Of a stretch of DNA of 64,000 nucleotides, positions 28,399 to 37,527 are shown piece by piece. Below the pieces are notes generated by a model. The model made no database searches, was not told the DNA's origin, and was given only the letters and a program-made list of their open reading frames with translations. How positions within the stretch are numbered: the first letter of the stretch is position 1; each line of letters begins with the position of its first letter. The stretch spans positions 1 through 64,000 of the forward strand of contig CAJFOS010000013.1 in the NCBI GenBank assembly GCA_904397865.1, written 5' to 3'. The stretch comes from Candidatus Allochristensenella caecavium. GTDB lineage: Bacteria > Bacillota > Clostridia > Christensenellales > QAND01. The translations under genes and the position numbers were made by a program.

Positions 28399-29802
28399 AT
28401 GCCAGTTGAAACCATTATTCTAATCAGCGTAATCGCAGTGCTTGCTTTTTCGCTGCTGCTTATGCTGCTGACACGGTATAAGAAATGCCCATCGGATAAA
28501 ATCATGGTGATTTATGGACGGGTGGGGCAAAACAAGGACGGTACGGCACGCAGTGCCAAATGCATTCACGGCGGTGCGGCCTTTATCTGGCCAGTCATTC
28601 AATCGTATGAGTTTTTGGATTTGACGCCGATTTCCATTTCGGTGGATTTGCAGAATGCGCTTTCGCGCCAGAACATCCGTATTGATGTGCCCTCCCGTTT
28701 TACGGTAGGCATTTCGACGGAACCGGGTGTGATGCAAAACGCGGCTGAACGGTTGCTTGGCCTGGACCTGAATGAAATTCAGGAACTTTCACGCGACATC
28801 ATTTTTGGCCAGTTGCGGTTGATTATCGCGACGATGGACATTGAGGAAATCAATACTGACCGCGATAAATTCCTTGAACAGGTCAGCCGCAATGTTGAAA
28901 CGGAATTGAAGAAAATTGGACTGCGGCTGATAAACGTTAATGTTACGGATATCAGCGATGAATCCGGTTATATCATCGCATTGGGAAAAGAAGCGGCCGC
29001 CAAAGCGATTAACGATGCGAAAAAAAGCGTGGCGGAAAAAGAGCGCGATGGCTCCATTGGTGAATCGCAAGCCAATATGACCGAACGAATTGAGGTATCC
29101 AAGGCCAATTCACAGGCGATTAAAGGCGAAAACGATTCCAAAATTGAAATTGCGATGTCCAATGCGAATTTACGGGAAAAAGAGGCGGAAGCGCAGCGCA
29201 TTGCAACGACTGCGGAAAAAATCCAGGCAGCCCGCGCGCTGGAAGAGGCATATGCAGCGGAACAATCCGCCGAGCAGGCACGTTCGGCCCGCGAAAAAGC
29301 AACGCTGGAAGCAGACGTCATTGTCAGCACGGAAATCGCCAAACGCAAAATGGAATTAGAAGCTGAGGCGGAAGCAGAACAAATCCGCCGGCGTGCGCAG
29401 GGTGATGCGGATGCAATTTATGCAAAAATGCTGGCCCAAGCCAAGGGCATTGAGGAAATTTTGACACGGCAGGCGGCCGGCTTTGAAAAGGTGGTCACAG
29501 CAGCAGGCGGCAATGCGGAAGACGCGATGAAACTGATGATTGCGGATAAGCTTGAAGAGTTGATGCGCGTACAGGTGGATGCGATAAAGAACATCAAGAT
29601 TGATAAAGTTACCGTCTGGGACGGTGGTGAAAAGGGAGATGGAAAGAATGCCACGGCGTCCTTCCTCGCAGGGCTGATGAAATCCATCCCACCGATGAAC
29701 GAGGTGTTTGCGATGGCAGGTATGCAGCTGCCGGAAATTTTAGGCAAGGCAAACGAACCTCAGGCTCCGCAGGCGATGGATGCGCCGCAGAAGGAAGTGT
29801 GA
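28399..29802 (+). CDS. floT: Flotillin-like SPFH/Band-7 protein (FloT/YuaG-like)
   Basis: N-terminal TM, SPFH domain, long EA-rich coiled coil (AEAQRIATTAEKIQAARALEEAYAAEQSAEQA...). Confidence 0.85.
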   Translation: MPVETIILISVIAVLAFSLLLMLLTRYKKCPSDKIMVIYGRVGQNKDGTARSAKCIHGGAAFIWPVIQSYEFLDLTPISISVDLQNALSRQNIRIDVPSRFTVGISTEPGVMQNAAERLLGLDLNEIQELSRDIIFGQLRLIIATMDIEEINTDRDKFLEQVSRNVETELKKIGLRLINVNVTDISDESGYIIALGKEAAAKAINDAKKSVAEKERDGSIGESQANMTERIEVSKANSQAIKGENDSKIEIAMSNANLREKEAEAQRIATTAEKIQAARALEEAYAAEQSAEQARSAREKATLEADVIVSTEIAKRKMELEAEAEAEQIRRRAQGDADAIYAKMLAQAKGIEEILTRQAAGFEKVVTAAGGNAEDAMKLMIADKLEELMRVQVDAIKNIKIDKVTVWDGGEKGDGKNATASFLAGLMKSIPPMNEVFAMAGMQLPEILGKANEPQAPQAMDAPQKEV

Positions 29803-29850
29803 AGACAGACCGTCGATGGTGAAGTGGTGAAGGGTTGCAGTTGAAAAATA

Positions 29851-29879
29851 AAAAAGCAGGCGGGTATCGCCTGCTTTTT
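29851..29879. terminator. Bidirectional terminator between floT and the convergent membrane-protein gene
   Basis: aaaaagcaggcgggtatcgcctgcttttt. Confidence 0.7.
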
Positions 29880-29892
29880 GCATATGGAATGT

Positions 29893-31020
29893 TTAGGCTT
29901 CCTTATCCGGCTGTACAGGAACGCCGCGTGATTTGGCGCTGCTGACACCCAGCGCACCGCGCATACCATCATACATGACGAAAAACGAACCGAAAAGGAT
30001 GTTGGCATAATAGGTAGCGAACCGCCAGAGCAACATGGCCAGCGGCATAATGGTGCCGGGAAAAATCAGGGCAAAAAACAGATAAAATCCACCTTCACTT
30101 GCTCCGGCAGCCCCTGGCAGAGGTACAAACGAAACCGTGAGGAACAAAAATGCCTGCATGAAGATGATGTTCCAATACGAAACGCCCGAAAGGTCAAACG
30201 CGCGGTAGATACAATACGTGATGGAATACTGAATCAGCATCTGCCCCGCCATAAGCAGAAAACTGCCGATTAGAACACGCTTGTTTCCGCGCAAAAGGCC
30301 GGCGCTGGAAGCAAATTCGTTCAGGGTGTTGTTTAGGGAATCCAGCGCCCGTTGTGGATTTTTAATCAGGTAAAACCGGCCGATATGGATTTTATGCAGC
30401 CATACAACCAGCCGTGCAGCCAACACCTGCAATTTGTGTTTGCTGAAAATAGCAGCCAGTGCCAGCGAAGCCAAAAAGGCATTGAGTGCAAATCCAAGGC
30501 AGGTCAGATAGAAAACCTGTGTCCGCCCACTGAAAAAAGACAGCCCATCGACCGCCAGACCAACGATAAAAAACGTACACACAACAAATTCAAACACGAT
30601 AAATTTGACACAGAACATACTGGTGCTACGGCCTACCGGCACGCCATCGCGTTTCATATGCATGACCTGCATGGGTTGCCCGCCAGAAGAAAACGGCGTC
30701 AAGGCGCTGTAATAGACGCCAATCATCGCGGTTTTGAATGATTTGAGATGACCAAATCCCCGATGGATAAATTTGGTCATGTAATGCACGGTTTCGCCTT
30801 CCAGGAGCCAAAATAACAGCATGCCAAACAGCGCCGCCCCAATCCACATCGGTTTAAGGGTGGTGAGCAGGTGCGGGATATTGCGCGCATTCGGGTCCAA
30901 CAAACAGATAACGACCATGATACAGATGGTCAAAAAAATATAGAATACGTTCCAAAGAATCCGTTTCTTGGGTGATTTGGCCTTTGCTTTTGTGGTTGTG
31001 TTGTCATTGTCCATCCCCAT
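29893..31020 (-). CDS. UPF0104 / lysyl-phosphatidylglycerol-synthase-TM-like (flippase-like) membrane protein
   Basis: 8 predicted TM helices. KAKAKSPKKR N-terminus. Topology and length typical of the UPF0104 family. Confidence 0.55.
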   Translation of the reverse strand: MGMDNDNTTTKAKAKSPKKRILWNVFYIFLTICIMVVICLLDPNARNIPHLLTTLKPMWIGAALFGMLLFWLLEGETVHYMTKFIHRGFGHLKSFKTAMIGVYYSALTPFSSGGQPMQVMHMKRDGVPVGRSTSMFCVKFIVFEFVVCTFFIVGLAVDGLSFFSGRTQVFYLTCLGFALNAFLASLALAAIFSKHKLQVLAARLVVWLHKIHIGRFYLIKNPQRALDSLNNTLNEFASSAGLLRGNKRVLIGSFLLMAGQMLIQYSITYCIYRAFDLSGVSYWNIIFMQAFLFLTVSFVPLPGAAGASEGGFYLFFALIFPGTIMPLAMLLWRFATYYANILFGSFFVMYDGMRGALGVSSAKSRGVPVQPDKEA

Positions 31021-31227
31021 GACAACCTCCCCTCCCGGATATCTATCCTATGTTATCATCGATTTTTGAGAAACACAACCCTTTGCAGGAACGCTTTACC
31101 GGCAACGTCATATTTTAACAGGGAGAGGCGGCGCGTGGAAGCGCGCACCTATCCCGTGTATCCGGCATGCACCGGATACCGTTTTTATAAAAATCCCCCT
31201 CCCGTATGCGGGAGGGGGATGTGTTTT

Positions 31228-31875
31228 CTAACGCAGTAATTCAGGTGGAACAGGGGCGGTGAAGGTCATGCGCTCTTTCCGGGTCGGATGTAAAAACGAC
31301 AATCGGTATGCCCACAACGCCAGTTGGCGGCCGCCCGACCCATACCGTGCATCGCCTGCCAGCGGCCACCCGCGTGAAGCAAATTGAACGCGGATTTGAT
31401 GCGCTCGGCCGGTATGGAGAGCAACTTCACATACGGAACCGCCGCCCGGCATACGTTCAAGCACCTGATAGGAAAGCTCTGCATACTTTCCACCGGGCGT
31501 ATCAGCCGGTACGGCGCGTACCATACCATCTGCCCCCTTTTGCAGTGTGTCAACCAGTATTCCGCTTTCATCCGCCGGGCCGTTTGCCGTGCGCAGTCGA
31601 TAGGTTTTTTGCATGGCATGGCAGCGTACCTGTTCGCTTAGCCGGGCCGCGGCTTTGCTGGTGCGGGCAAAGACCATCACGCCTCCTGTCGGCCGGTCCA
31701 GCCGATGTACCAGGCCTAAATACACGGCACCGGGTTTTTGATATTTTTCTTTTATATAGGCCTTACATAGCGACAACATATCCATATCGCCGCTGCTATC
31801 CGCCTGTGAAGGCACGTTACAGGGTTTGACGGCAACCAACACATGATTGTCTTCGTACAGAATATCTAACGCCAT
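31228..31875 (-). CDS. RluA-family pseudouridine synthase
   Basis: HRLDRPTGGVMVFARTSKAA catalytic-Asp motif. Probable start MALDILYEDNHVLVAVKP (31875). The ORF track start 32067 overlaps the upstream gene by 200 nt. Confidence 0.75.
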   Translation of the reverse strand: MALDILYEDNHVLVAVKPCNVPSQADSSGDMDMLSLCKAYIKEKYQKPGAVYLGLVHRLDRPTGGVMVFARTSKAAARLSEQVRCHAMQKTYRLRTANGPADESGILVDTLQKGADGMVRAVPADTPGGKYAELSYQVLERMPGGGSVCEVALHTGRAHQIRVQFASRGWPLAGDARYGSGGRQLALWAYRLSFLHPTRKERMTFTAPVPPELLR

Positions 31876-32726
31876 GGCGTCCACCGAGCTGTTGCTCCGC
31901 AGGGCAGCACCATGCCGCGTCCCATAGGCAGACCGATGTTCTCGCTCTGCACGTGCCCTTTGGGTAGGGCGCATGTAAGCGCGTTGCCGGCCACAGCCGG
32001 CGCAAAGCCAGCCGTGTAACTGTTTAACACAAAGAACAGCGGCGTATCTGAAAGAATCCGTGCACAAGCCTGGATGAGCGGATAGACGTCCTTTTCGAAT
32101 TTGAACATCTGTCCATTAGGCCCCCGGCCATAGGACGGCGGGTCCATCACGATGCCGTCATAACGGTGCCCACGTCGTTCCTCTCGCTGAACAAATTTGA
32201 GCGCATCATCCACGATATATCGAATGGGTGCGCTTTCCAGTTTGCTTTTCTGCGCATTTTCCTTGGCCCAGGCCACCATGCCCTTGGCCGCATCCACATG
32301 CACGACACTGGCGCCTGCTGCGGCGCAGGCCAGCGTTGCGCCGCCCGTATAAGCGAACAGATTCAGCACGCTGACCGGACGATTGGCCCCGCGAATGGCC
32401 TGTGCCATCCAATCCCAGTTGGTGGCCTGTTCGGGGAAAAGCCCCGTGTGTTTAAACCCGGTCGGCCGTACTTGAAAACGGAGCGAGCGCCCATAGGTAA
32501 CCTCCCATGCATCGGGCAGCGTTCGCCGGAATTCCCAGTGCCCGCCGCCTTCACTGCTTCGATGATAGACGGCGTCTGCCTGTTGCCAGGCTGCCTGTTC
32601 CTGCTGTGGCCAGATAGCCTGCGGTTCCGGCCGGGCGAGAAGAATCTCGCCCCACCGTTCCAACTTCATGCCATCGCCGGTATCCAGCAGTTGATAATCG
32701 CGCCAGGTATCGGAAAGCCACATCAC
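31866..32726 (-). CDS. Class I SAM-dependent RNA methyltransferase (RlmI/YccW-like)
   Basis: VLNLFAYTGGATLACAAAGASVVHVD SAM motif I. DPPSYGRGPNG motif IV. Confidence 0.75.
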   Translation of the reverse strand: MMWLSDTWRDYQLLDTGDGMKLERWGEILLARPEPQAIWPQQEQAAWQQADAVYHRSSEGGGHWEFRRTLPDAWEVTYGRSLRFQVRPTGFKHTGLFPEQATNWDWMAQAIRGANRPVSVLNLFAYTGGATLACAAAGASVVHVDAAKGMVAWAKENAQKSKLESAPIRYIVDDALKFVQREERRGHRYDGIVMDPPSYGRGPNGQMFKFEKDVYPLIQACARILSDTPLFFVLNSYTAGFAPAVAGNALTCALPKGHVQSENIGLPMGRGMVLPCGATARWTPWR

Positions 32727-35700
32727 GCATTCACTCGCTTTACATACAAGGTAGCGGCCAGTCCATTAATCTTCCATTCCTTTTGTACGCCCTCATGAGC
32801 ATCAGGGGTTACCTGTACGGCCAGCACGTCCTTTTGAATCATTTCCGCATTGTCCGCAATGGCCTTAGCCAAGGCCTCCTCGGCTTGATAACCAACGATG
32901 ATACGGTCGGTGACCTCAAAATCCGCTTCCTTGCGCATGGTCTGAATCTTGGAAATGACTTCGCGCACCAGACCTTCTTCCATCAGTTCTGGCGTCAGGC
33001 GAACATCCAGCACCACGCATACGCCGTGGTCACTTTGCGCGGCAAAGCCCTCCTTTTGCACCGTTTCAACCAACAGGTCCTCCGCGGTGAGCGATACAGT
33101 CTGGCCGCCGATTTCCACGGTGAAGGTGCCGCCGTTTTCTACAGCTGCCACAATGGCCGTACCGTCTGCCTGTTGCAGATAGGTGCGGATGGCGGGCAGA
33201 ATCTTTCCGTACTTGGGCCCCAGCGTTTTCAACTGCGGCTTGACGGCATAGGCGATATAGTCACTGGCGTCGTCGATGGCTTCCATGGCTTTGACGTTCA
33301 GCTCATCCAGAATGATGGACTGTACCGCTTCACTGGTCACAGATTCTCCCTGAACGAGCATACGCGCCAGCGGCTGCCGGTTTTTCACTTTGGAAGCATT
33401 CCGTGCTGCCCGCCCCAGGACGACGATATCGCGTGCAGCGTCCATTTCCGCCTCCAGCGCGGAGTCTATCCAGCGTTCATCCACGGTGGGGAAATCGCAC
33501 AGGTGCACGCTTTCCGGGGCGTCCGGATGGACGGAGCGCACCAGATTTTGATAGATGGATTCCGTCATAAACGGGACAAACGGCGCGCACAGCCGGGCCA
33601 GCGTTTCCAGCACGGTGTAGAGCGTGAAGAATGCGGCCGATTTGTCCGCCGTGCGTTCACCGCCCCAATACCGGTCACGGCCGCGGCGAACATACCAATT
33701 GGACAGTTCGTCCACAAAGGCATTGATAGCCCGTGCCGCCTCGGTGACATGATAGCCATCCAGCTCTTCCGTCACGGTCTTGACCAGCGAATGCAGCTTG
33801 CTCAGCACCCATTTATCCATTGTATTATAGGCTGGCTCCGGCCAAGATGTATCAAAGGGGCTGTATTGGTCAATATCCGCATAGAGGATGTAGAACGCAT
33901 AGGTGTTCCAAAGCGTACCCATGAATTTACGCTGCGCTTCGGATACCGCTTCGTCATAGAAACGCGAAGGTAGCCAAGGCGCGCTGCCGGTGTAAAAATA
34001 CCACCGGATAGCATCAGCCCCTTGTTTGTTCAGTACATCCCAGGGATTGATGACGTTGCCCTTATGCTTGCTCATCTTCTGGCCGTCCTTGTCCTGCACG
34101 TGGCCCAGGACGATGCAGTTCTGGAAGCTGGGTTCGTCAAACATCAGCGTCGAAATGGCCAGCATGGTATAGAACCAGCCACGCGTCTGGTCCACGGCTT
34201 CAGAAATGAACTGTGCCGGATAGAATCGTTCAAACAGTTCCTTGTTTTCAAACGGATAATGGAACTGGGCAAACGGCATGCTGCCGCTGTCATACCAGCA
34301 GTCAATCACTTCTGGCACACGATGCATGGGCTTGCCGCAATGCGGGCAGGGGAAGGTAACGCGGTCGATAAACGGCTTGTGCAGTTCGATGGTATCCGCA
34401 TCCTCCACGCCGCGGTCTTTCAAATCCTGCCGCGAACCGATGGCTTCCATATGGCCACATTCACACGTCCAGATGGGAAGCGGCGTACCCCAGTAACGTT
34501 CGCGCGAGAGGCCCCAATCCACCACGTTTTCCAGGAAATTGCCCATACGGCCTTCTTTGATGGTCGCAGGCAACCAGTTAATCATGCGGTTGCGTTCGAC
34601 CAGCTGGTCACGCAATTCGGTCATGCGGATGAACCAGGTGCTGCGGGCGTAATAGATAAGCGGCGTGTCACAGCGCCAGCAGAACGGATAGCTGTGTTCA
34701 AATTCCGGCGCATCGAACAGCGCGCCGCTCTGTTCCAGTGCCTCGATGATTTTGGGGTCAGCGTCTTTGACAAACAGACCGTCCCACGGCGTGCCGCCGC
34801 ACATTTCGCCTTTGGTATTGACCAGCTGAATAAATGCGATGCCGTTCTCACGGCACACGCGTGCGTCGTCTTCACCGAAGGCAGCCGCGTTGTGTACGAT
34901 GCCGGTGCCGTCGGTGGTTGTGACGTAATCGTCGGCAATGACGATGTGAGCCTTCTGTCCCTGGCAAGCTTTCTGCGTACACGCAAACAGTGGTTCATAG
35001 GAGCGGCCGACCAATGCGCTGCCCGGGAAGGTATCCAGCACTTGTACATCTTCGCCCAGCACGGAGGCGACCAAATCACGGGCGAGGATATAAACCACGC
35101 CGTCCTTTTTCGCCCGGCAATAGGAAACCGAAGCATTGACGCACAGTGCAACATTGCTCGGAAGCGTCCAAGGGGTGGTCGTCCAAGCCAAATAGTAAGC
35201 ATCTTCATCTGTGCATTTGAATTTGGCAGTGGCGGAACGTTCCTTGATATCCTTATATCCCTGCGCCACTTCATGGGAGGAAAGCGCTGTGCCGCAGCGC
35301 GGGCAATAGGGGACGACTTTGTGGCCCTTGTATAATAGGCCGCGGTCGAAGATTTTTTTCAGCGACCACCATTCGCTTTCGATGTAGTTGTTGTCATAGG
35401 TAATATAGGGGTTTTCCATATCCGCCCAATAGGCGATACGGTCGCTCATCGCTTCCCATTCACCCTTATATTTCCAGACGCTTTCCTTGCACTTTTCAAT
35501 GAAAGGTTCCACGCCGTAGGTTTCAATTTGCTCTTTTCCATCCAGGCCGAGCTGTTTTTCTACTTCCAGTTCCACAGGCAGCCCGTGCGTGTCCCATCCT
35601 GCTTTGCGCAGCACATCATAACCGCGCATGCGGTAATAGCGCGGAAACAGGTCCTTAAAGCTCCGCGTAATCAGATGGCCGATGTGCGGCATGCCGTTGG

Positions 35701-35848
35701 CTGTGGGTGGGCCGTCGAAGAATGTCCACGGTTCCCGTTCCGGCCGCGGTTCCAAGCTTTTGCGGACGATATCATGGTCCTTCCAAAAATCCAGCACTTC
35801 TTTTTCGCGCGTGTTGAAATCCAGGTCTGTTGACACTTTGCGATACAT
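32723..35848 (-). CDS. ileS: Isoleucine--tRNA ligase (type 2, archaeal/eukaryote-like)
   Basis: PTANGMPHIGH (HIGH), KMSKHKGN (KMSKS), CP1 editing domain. No C-terminal Zn-finger extension of type 1. Start MYRK at 35848 chosen relative to the leader. Confidence 0.9.
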   Translation of the reverse strand: MYRKVSTDLDFNTREKEVLDFWKDHDIVRKSLEPRPEREPWTFFDGPPTANGMPHIGHLITRSFKDLFPRYYRMRGYDVLRKAGWDTHGLPVELEVEKQLGLDGKEQIETYGVEPFIEKCKESVWKYKGEWEAMSDRIAYWADMENPYITYDNNYIESEWWSLKKIFDRGLLYKGHKVVPYCPRCGTALSSHEVAQGYKDIKERSATAKFKCTDEDAYYLAWTTTPWTLPSNVALCVNASVSYCRAKKDGVVYILARDLVASVLGEDVQVLDTFPGSALVGRSYEPLFACTQKACQGQKAHIVIADDYVTTTDGTGIVHNAAAFGEDDARVCRENGIAFIQLVNTKGEMCGGTPWDGLFVKDADPKIIEALEQSGALFDAPEFEHSYPFCWRCDTPLIYYARSTWFIRMTELRDQLVERNRMINWLPATIKEGRMGNFLENVVDWGLSRERYWGTPLPIWTCECGHMEAIGSRQDLKDRGVEDADTIELHKPFIDRVTFPCPHCGKPMHRVPEVIDCWYDSGSMPFAQFHYPFENKELFERFYPAQFISEAVDQTRGWFYTMLAISTLMFDEPSFQNCIVLGHVQDKDGQKMSKHKGNVINPWDVLNKQGADAIRWYFYTGSAPWLPSRFYDEAVSEAQRKFMGTLWNTYAFYILYADIDQYSPFDTSWPEPAYNTMDKWVLSKLHSLVKTVTEELDGYHVTEAARAINAFVDELSNWYVRRGRDRYWGGERTADKSAAFFTLYTVLETLARLCAPFVPFMTESIYQNLVRSVHPDAPESVHLCDFPTVDERWIDSALEAEMDAARDIVVLGRAARNASKVKNRQPLARMLVQGESVTSEAVQSIILDELNVKAMEAIDDASDYIAYAVKPQLKTLGPKYGKILPAIRTYLQQADGTAIVAAVENGGTFTVEIGGQTVSLTAEDLLVETVQKEGFAAQSDHGVCVVLDVRLTPELMEEGLVREVISKIQTMRKEADFEVTDRIIVGYQAEEALAKAIADNAEMIQKDVLAVQVTPDAHEGVQKEWKINGLAATLYVKRVNA

Positions 35849-35877
35849 GGTTGTTGGTTCCATCCTTTCCAAGAAAA

Positions 35878-36130
35878 ATCAAAAAAGCCTTTCCATCCCA
35901 AACGGGACGGAAAGGCTTTGCTTCCGCGGTACCACCCGAATTGACGCCGCCCAGCAACAGGGCTTCGTCCACTCTTTTATCCTTTTAACGCAAGGAAAAC
36001 GTTTCGGCCTACTTGCTTCAGCCGAACCCTCCGAGGTGATGTCCGCTGCGGTTTTCCGTGGCGCGGCTTCCACCGTTTCCGCGTTCGCTTGCCGGAGATG
36101 CGCCGCAGGGCGCGTCCTCATCGCTGGTTT
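35878..36130 (-). ncRNA. T-box riboswitch leader controlling ileS
   Basis: Minus strand reads ...AATTCGGGTGGTACCGCG... (T-box consensus AGGGUGGNACCGCG at 35927..35945). Then terminator aaagcctttccgtcccgtttgggatggaaaggcttttttg. UGGU bulge fits a discriminator-A tRNA-Ile. AUC-A specifier candidate in GGACAUCACC. Confidence 0.8.
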
Positions 36131-36136
36131 GTCCAT

Positions 36137-36165
36137 CCATTATAAAGGCCGGATTTACTTTTGTA
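36137..36165 (-). promoter_or_regulatory. Sigma-70 promoter of the ileS T-box leader
   Basis: Minus strand TTTACA-17 nt-TATAAT, near-consensus. Confidence 0.65.
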
Positions 36166-36180
36166 AAGCCCTGCGTGGGG

Positions 36181-37527
36181 TCACTGTCCGGCGATGCTCA
36201 AACCACTGACCAGCAGCGATGGACTGCCAAAGCACATGCCGCTTGGTATGCCCATGTACAAATCGTTCCCGATGCCCTCGACGGATTGGAGCAGGGCATA
36301 AAAATTGCCGCTGAGCACAATCTGTTCAACCGGCGCGCCCAGCTGGCCGTCCACGATGCGCTGCCCTTTGCTCAGCAACGAAAAATCGCCCGACACAGCG
36401 TTGACTCCGGCATGCAGCCCGCTGACTTCCTTGATAAACACGCCGTTCTGCGCCTTTTCGTACAGGACTTGCGCGTCGTCGTGGCCGGGTTCGATATAGA
36501 AATAGTATGGGCCGATGACCACGGATGAGCTGTATCCGCGCCGTGCATTGCCCGTCGGTGCCACCCCGGCACGCTTGGCTGTGGTCGCGCTGTGCAGCAG
36601 CGTGGTGAGCGTACCGTGGTCAATCACGGCTTTTTTATGCGTAGGCATGCCTTCGCCGTCAAAAGGCGTGGCAAAGGGAAGCGTCGGATGCTGTGGGTCA
36701 TCCCAGAGCGTGATATCGGGTTTGGCAATGACTTGTCCTTCTTTGCCTTTGAGGAAGGAAAGCCCCTTTTGCGCCTGGTCGGCAGAGAAAACCGGTACAA
36801 AAGCCTGCAATAAATCCGCCATGGCTTCGCCGGCCAGCACCACCGGCATTTTACCGGAGGGAATTGAGGTGGCGCCGTAATAGGCCATGGTACGGTCCAT
36901 CGCACGCTGTGCAGTGCTCTCGATATCCAGAGCATCCATGGTTTCCGCGACATCAAATGCCCAGTTGCTGTCCGTCCAGTCGCCTTTTTTGGCCACGGGC
37001 TGCGCAACAAGCGCGGACGCGTTCTGCCCATAACTGCCGCATACACCGGCACTGTTGGCGAACCAGATGCGAGATTGTTCGGTTTCCGCCTCACAGCCCT
37101 GCGTATTGACCGCGCCGCGCGCCTTCAACGCTGCGAACAGCTGCAGCGCCGCTTGTACCACCGCCGCTTCATCCATTTCCTGTACAGGTAGGGCGGTGGA
37201 TTCTATGCCCGGGCCTTCAAAGATGCATGCGGCCGGGTCAGCGTCCGTGATGGCGGCGCTTTGCAGGGCTGCCTGGGCGGTGGAGGCAATTTCCTCTGGA
37301 TTTTCCGTATAGGCATAGCCCACGCGCTGGTCCTTGATAACGCGCACGCCTGCACCGCGCATCAGGCTATGGGTAAAGGATTCCACTTCCCCATCGTATA
37401 CATTGGCGCCGATACTGGTCGTTTCCATACAGATGGCGTCTGCGGCGTCTGCACCCAAGGCCATCGCGCTTTCAACGAGTTGCTGACAAATTTTCTGCAT
37501 GATTTCAGTCCTCCCTTCCGCCGACAA
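36181..37527 (-). CDS. pmbA: TldD/PmbA-family metalloprotease component (PmbA/TldE-like, no HExxxH)
   Basis: Family-typical length and Gly-rich C-terminal segments. Overlaps the tldD gene end. Confidence 0.75.
   Translation of the reverse strand: MSAEGRTEIMQKICQQLVESAMALGADAADAICMETTSIGANVYDGEVESFTHSLMRGAGVRVIKDQRVGYAYTENPEEIASTAQAALQSAAITDADPAACIFEGPGIESTALPVQEMDEAAVVQAALQLFAALKARGAVNTQGCEAETEQSRIWFANSAGVCGSYGQNASALVAQPVAKKGDWTDSNWAFDVAETMDALDIESTAQRAMDRTMAYYGATSIPSGKMPVVLAGEAMADLLQAFVPVFSADQAQKGLSFLKGKEGQVIAKPDITLWDDPQHPTLPFATPFDGEGMPTHKKAVIDHGTLTTLLHSATTAKRAGVAPTGNARRGYSSSVVIGPYYFYIEPGHDDAQVLYEKAQNGVFIKEVSGLHAGVNAVSGDFSLLSKGQRIVDGQLGAPVEQIVLSGNFYALLQSVEGIGNDLYMGIPSGMCFGSPSLLVSGLSIAGQ

Noticed and set aside
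31866-32067. 200-nt overlap between the rluA-family and methyltransferase ORFs as drawn in the ORF track
   Set aside because: An artefact of picking the longest ORF. Choosing Met-65 (MALDILYEDNHVLV) reduces the overlap to about 10 nt, which is a normal coupling.
32783-35335. 396-aa and 437-aa plus-strand ORFs antisense to ileS
   Set aside because: Typical long antisense frames in a GC-rich 3.1-kb gene. ileS is supported by HIGH/KMSKS motifs and its T-box leader.
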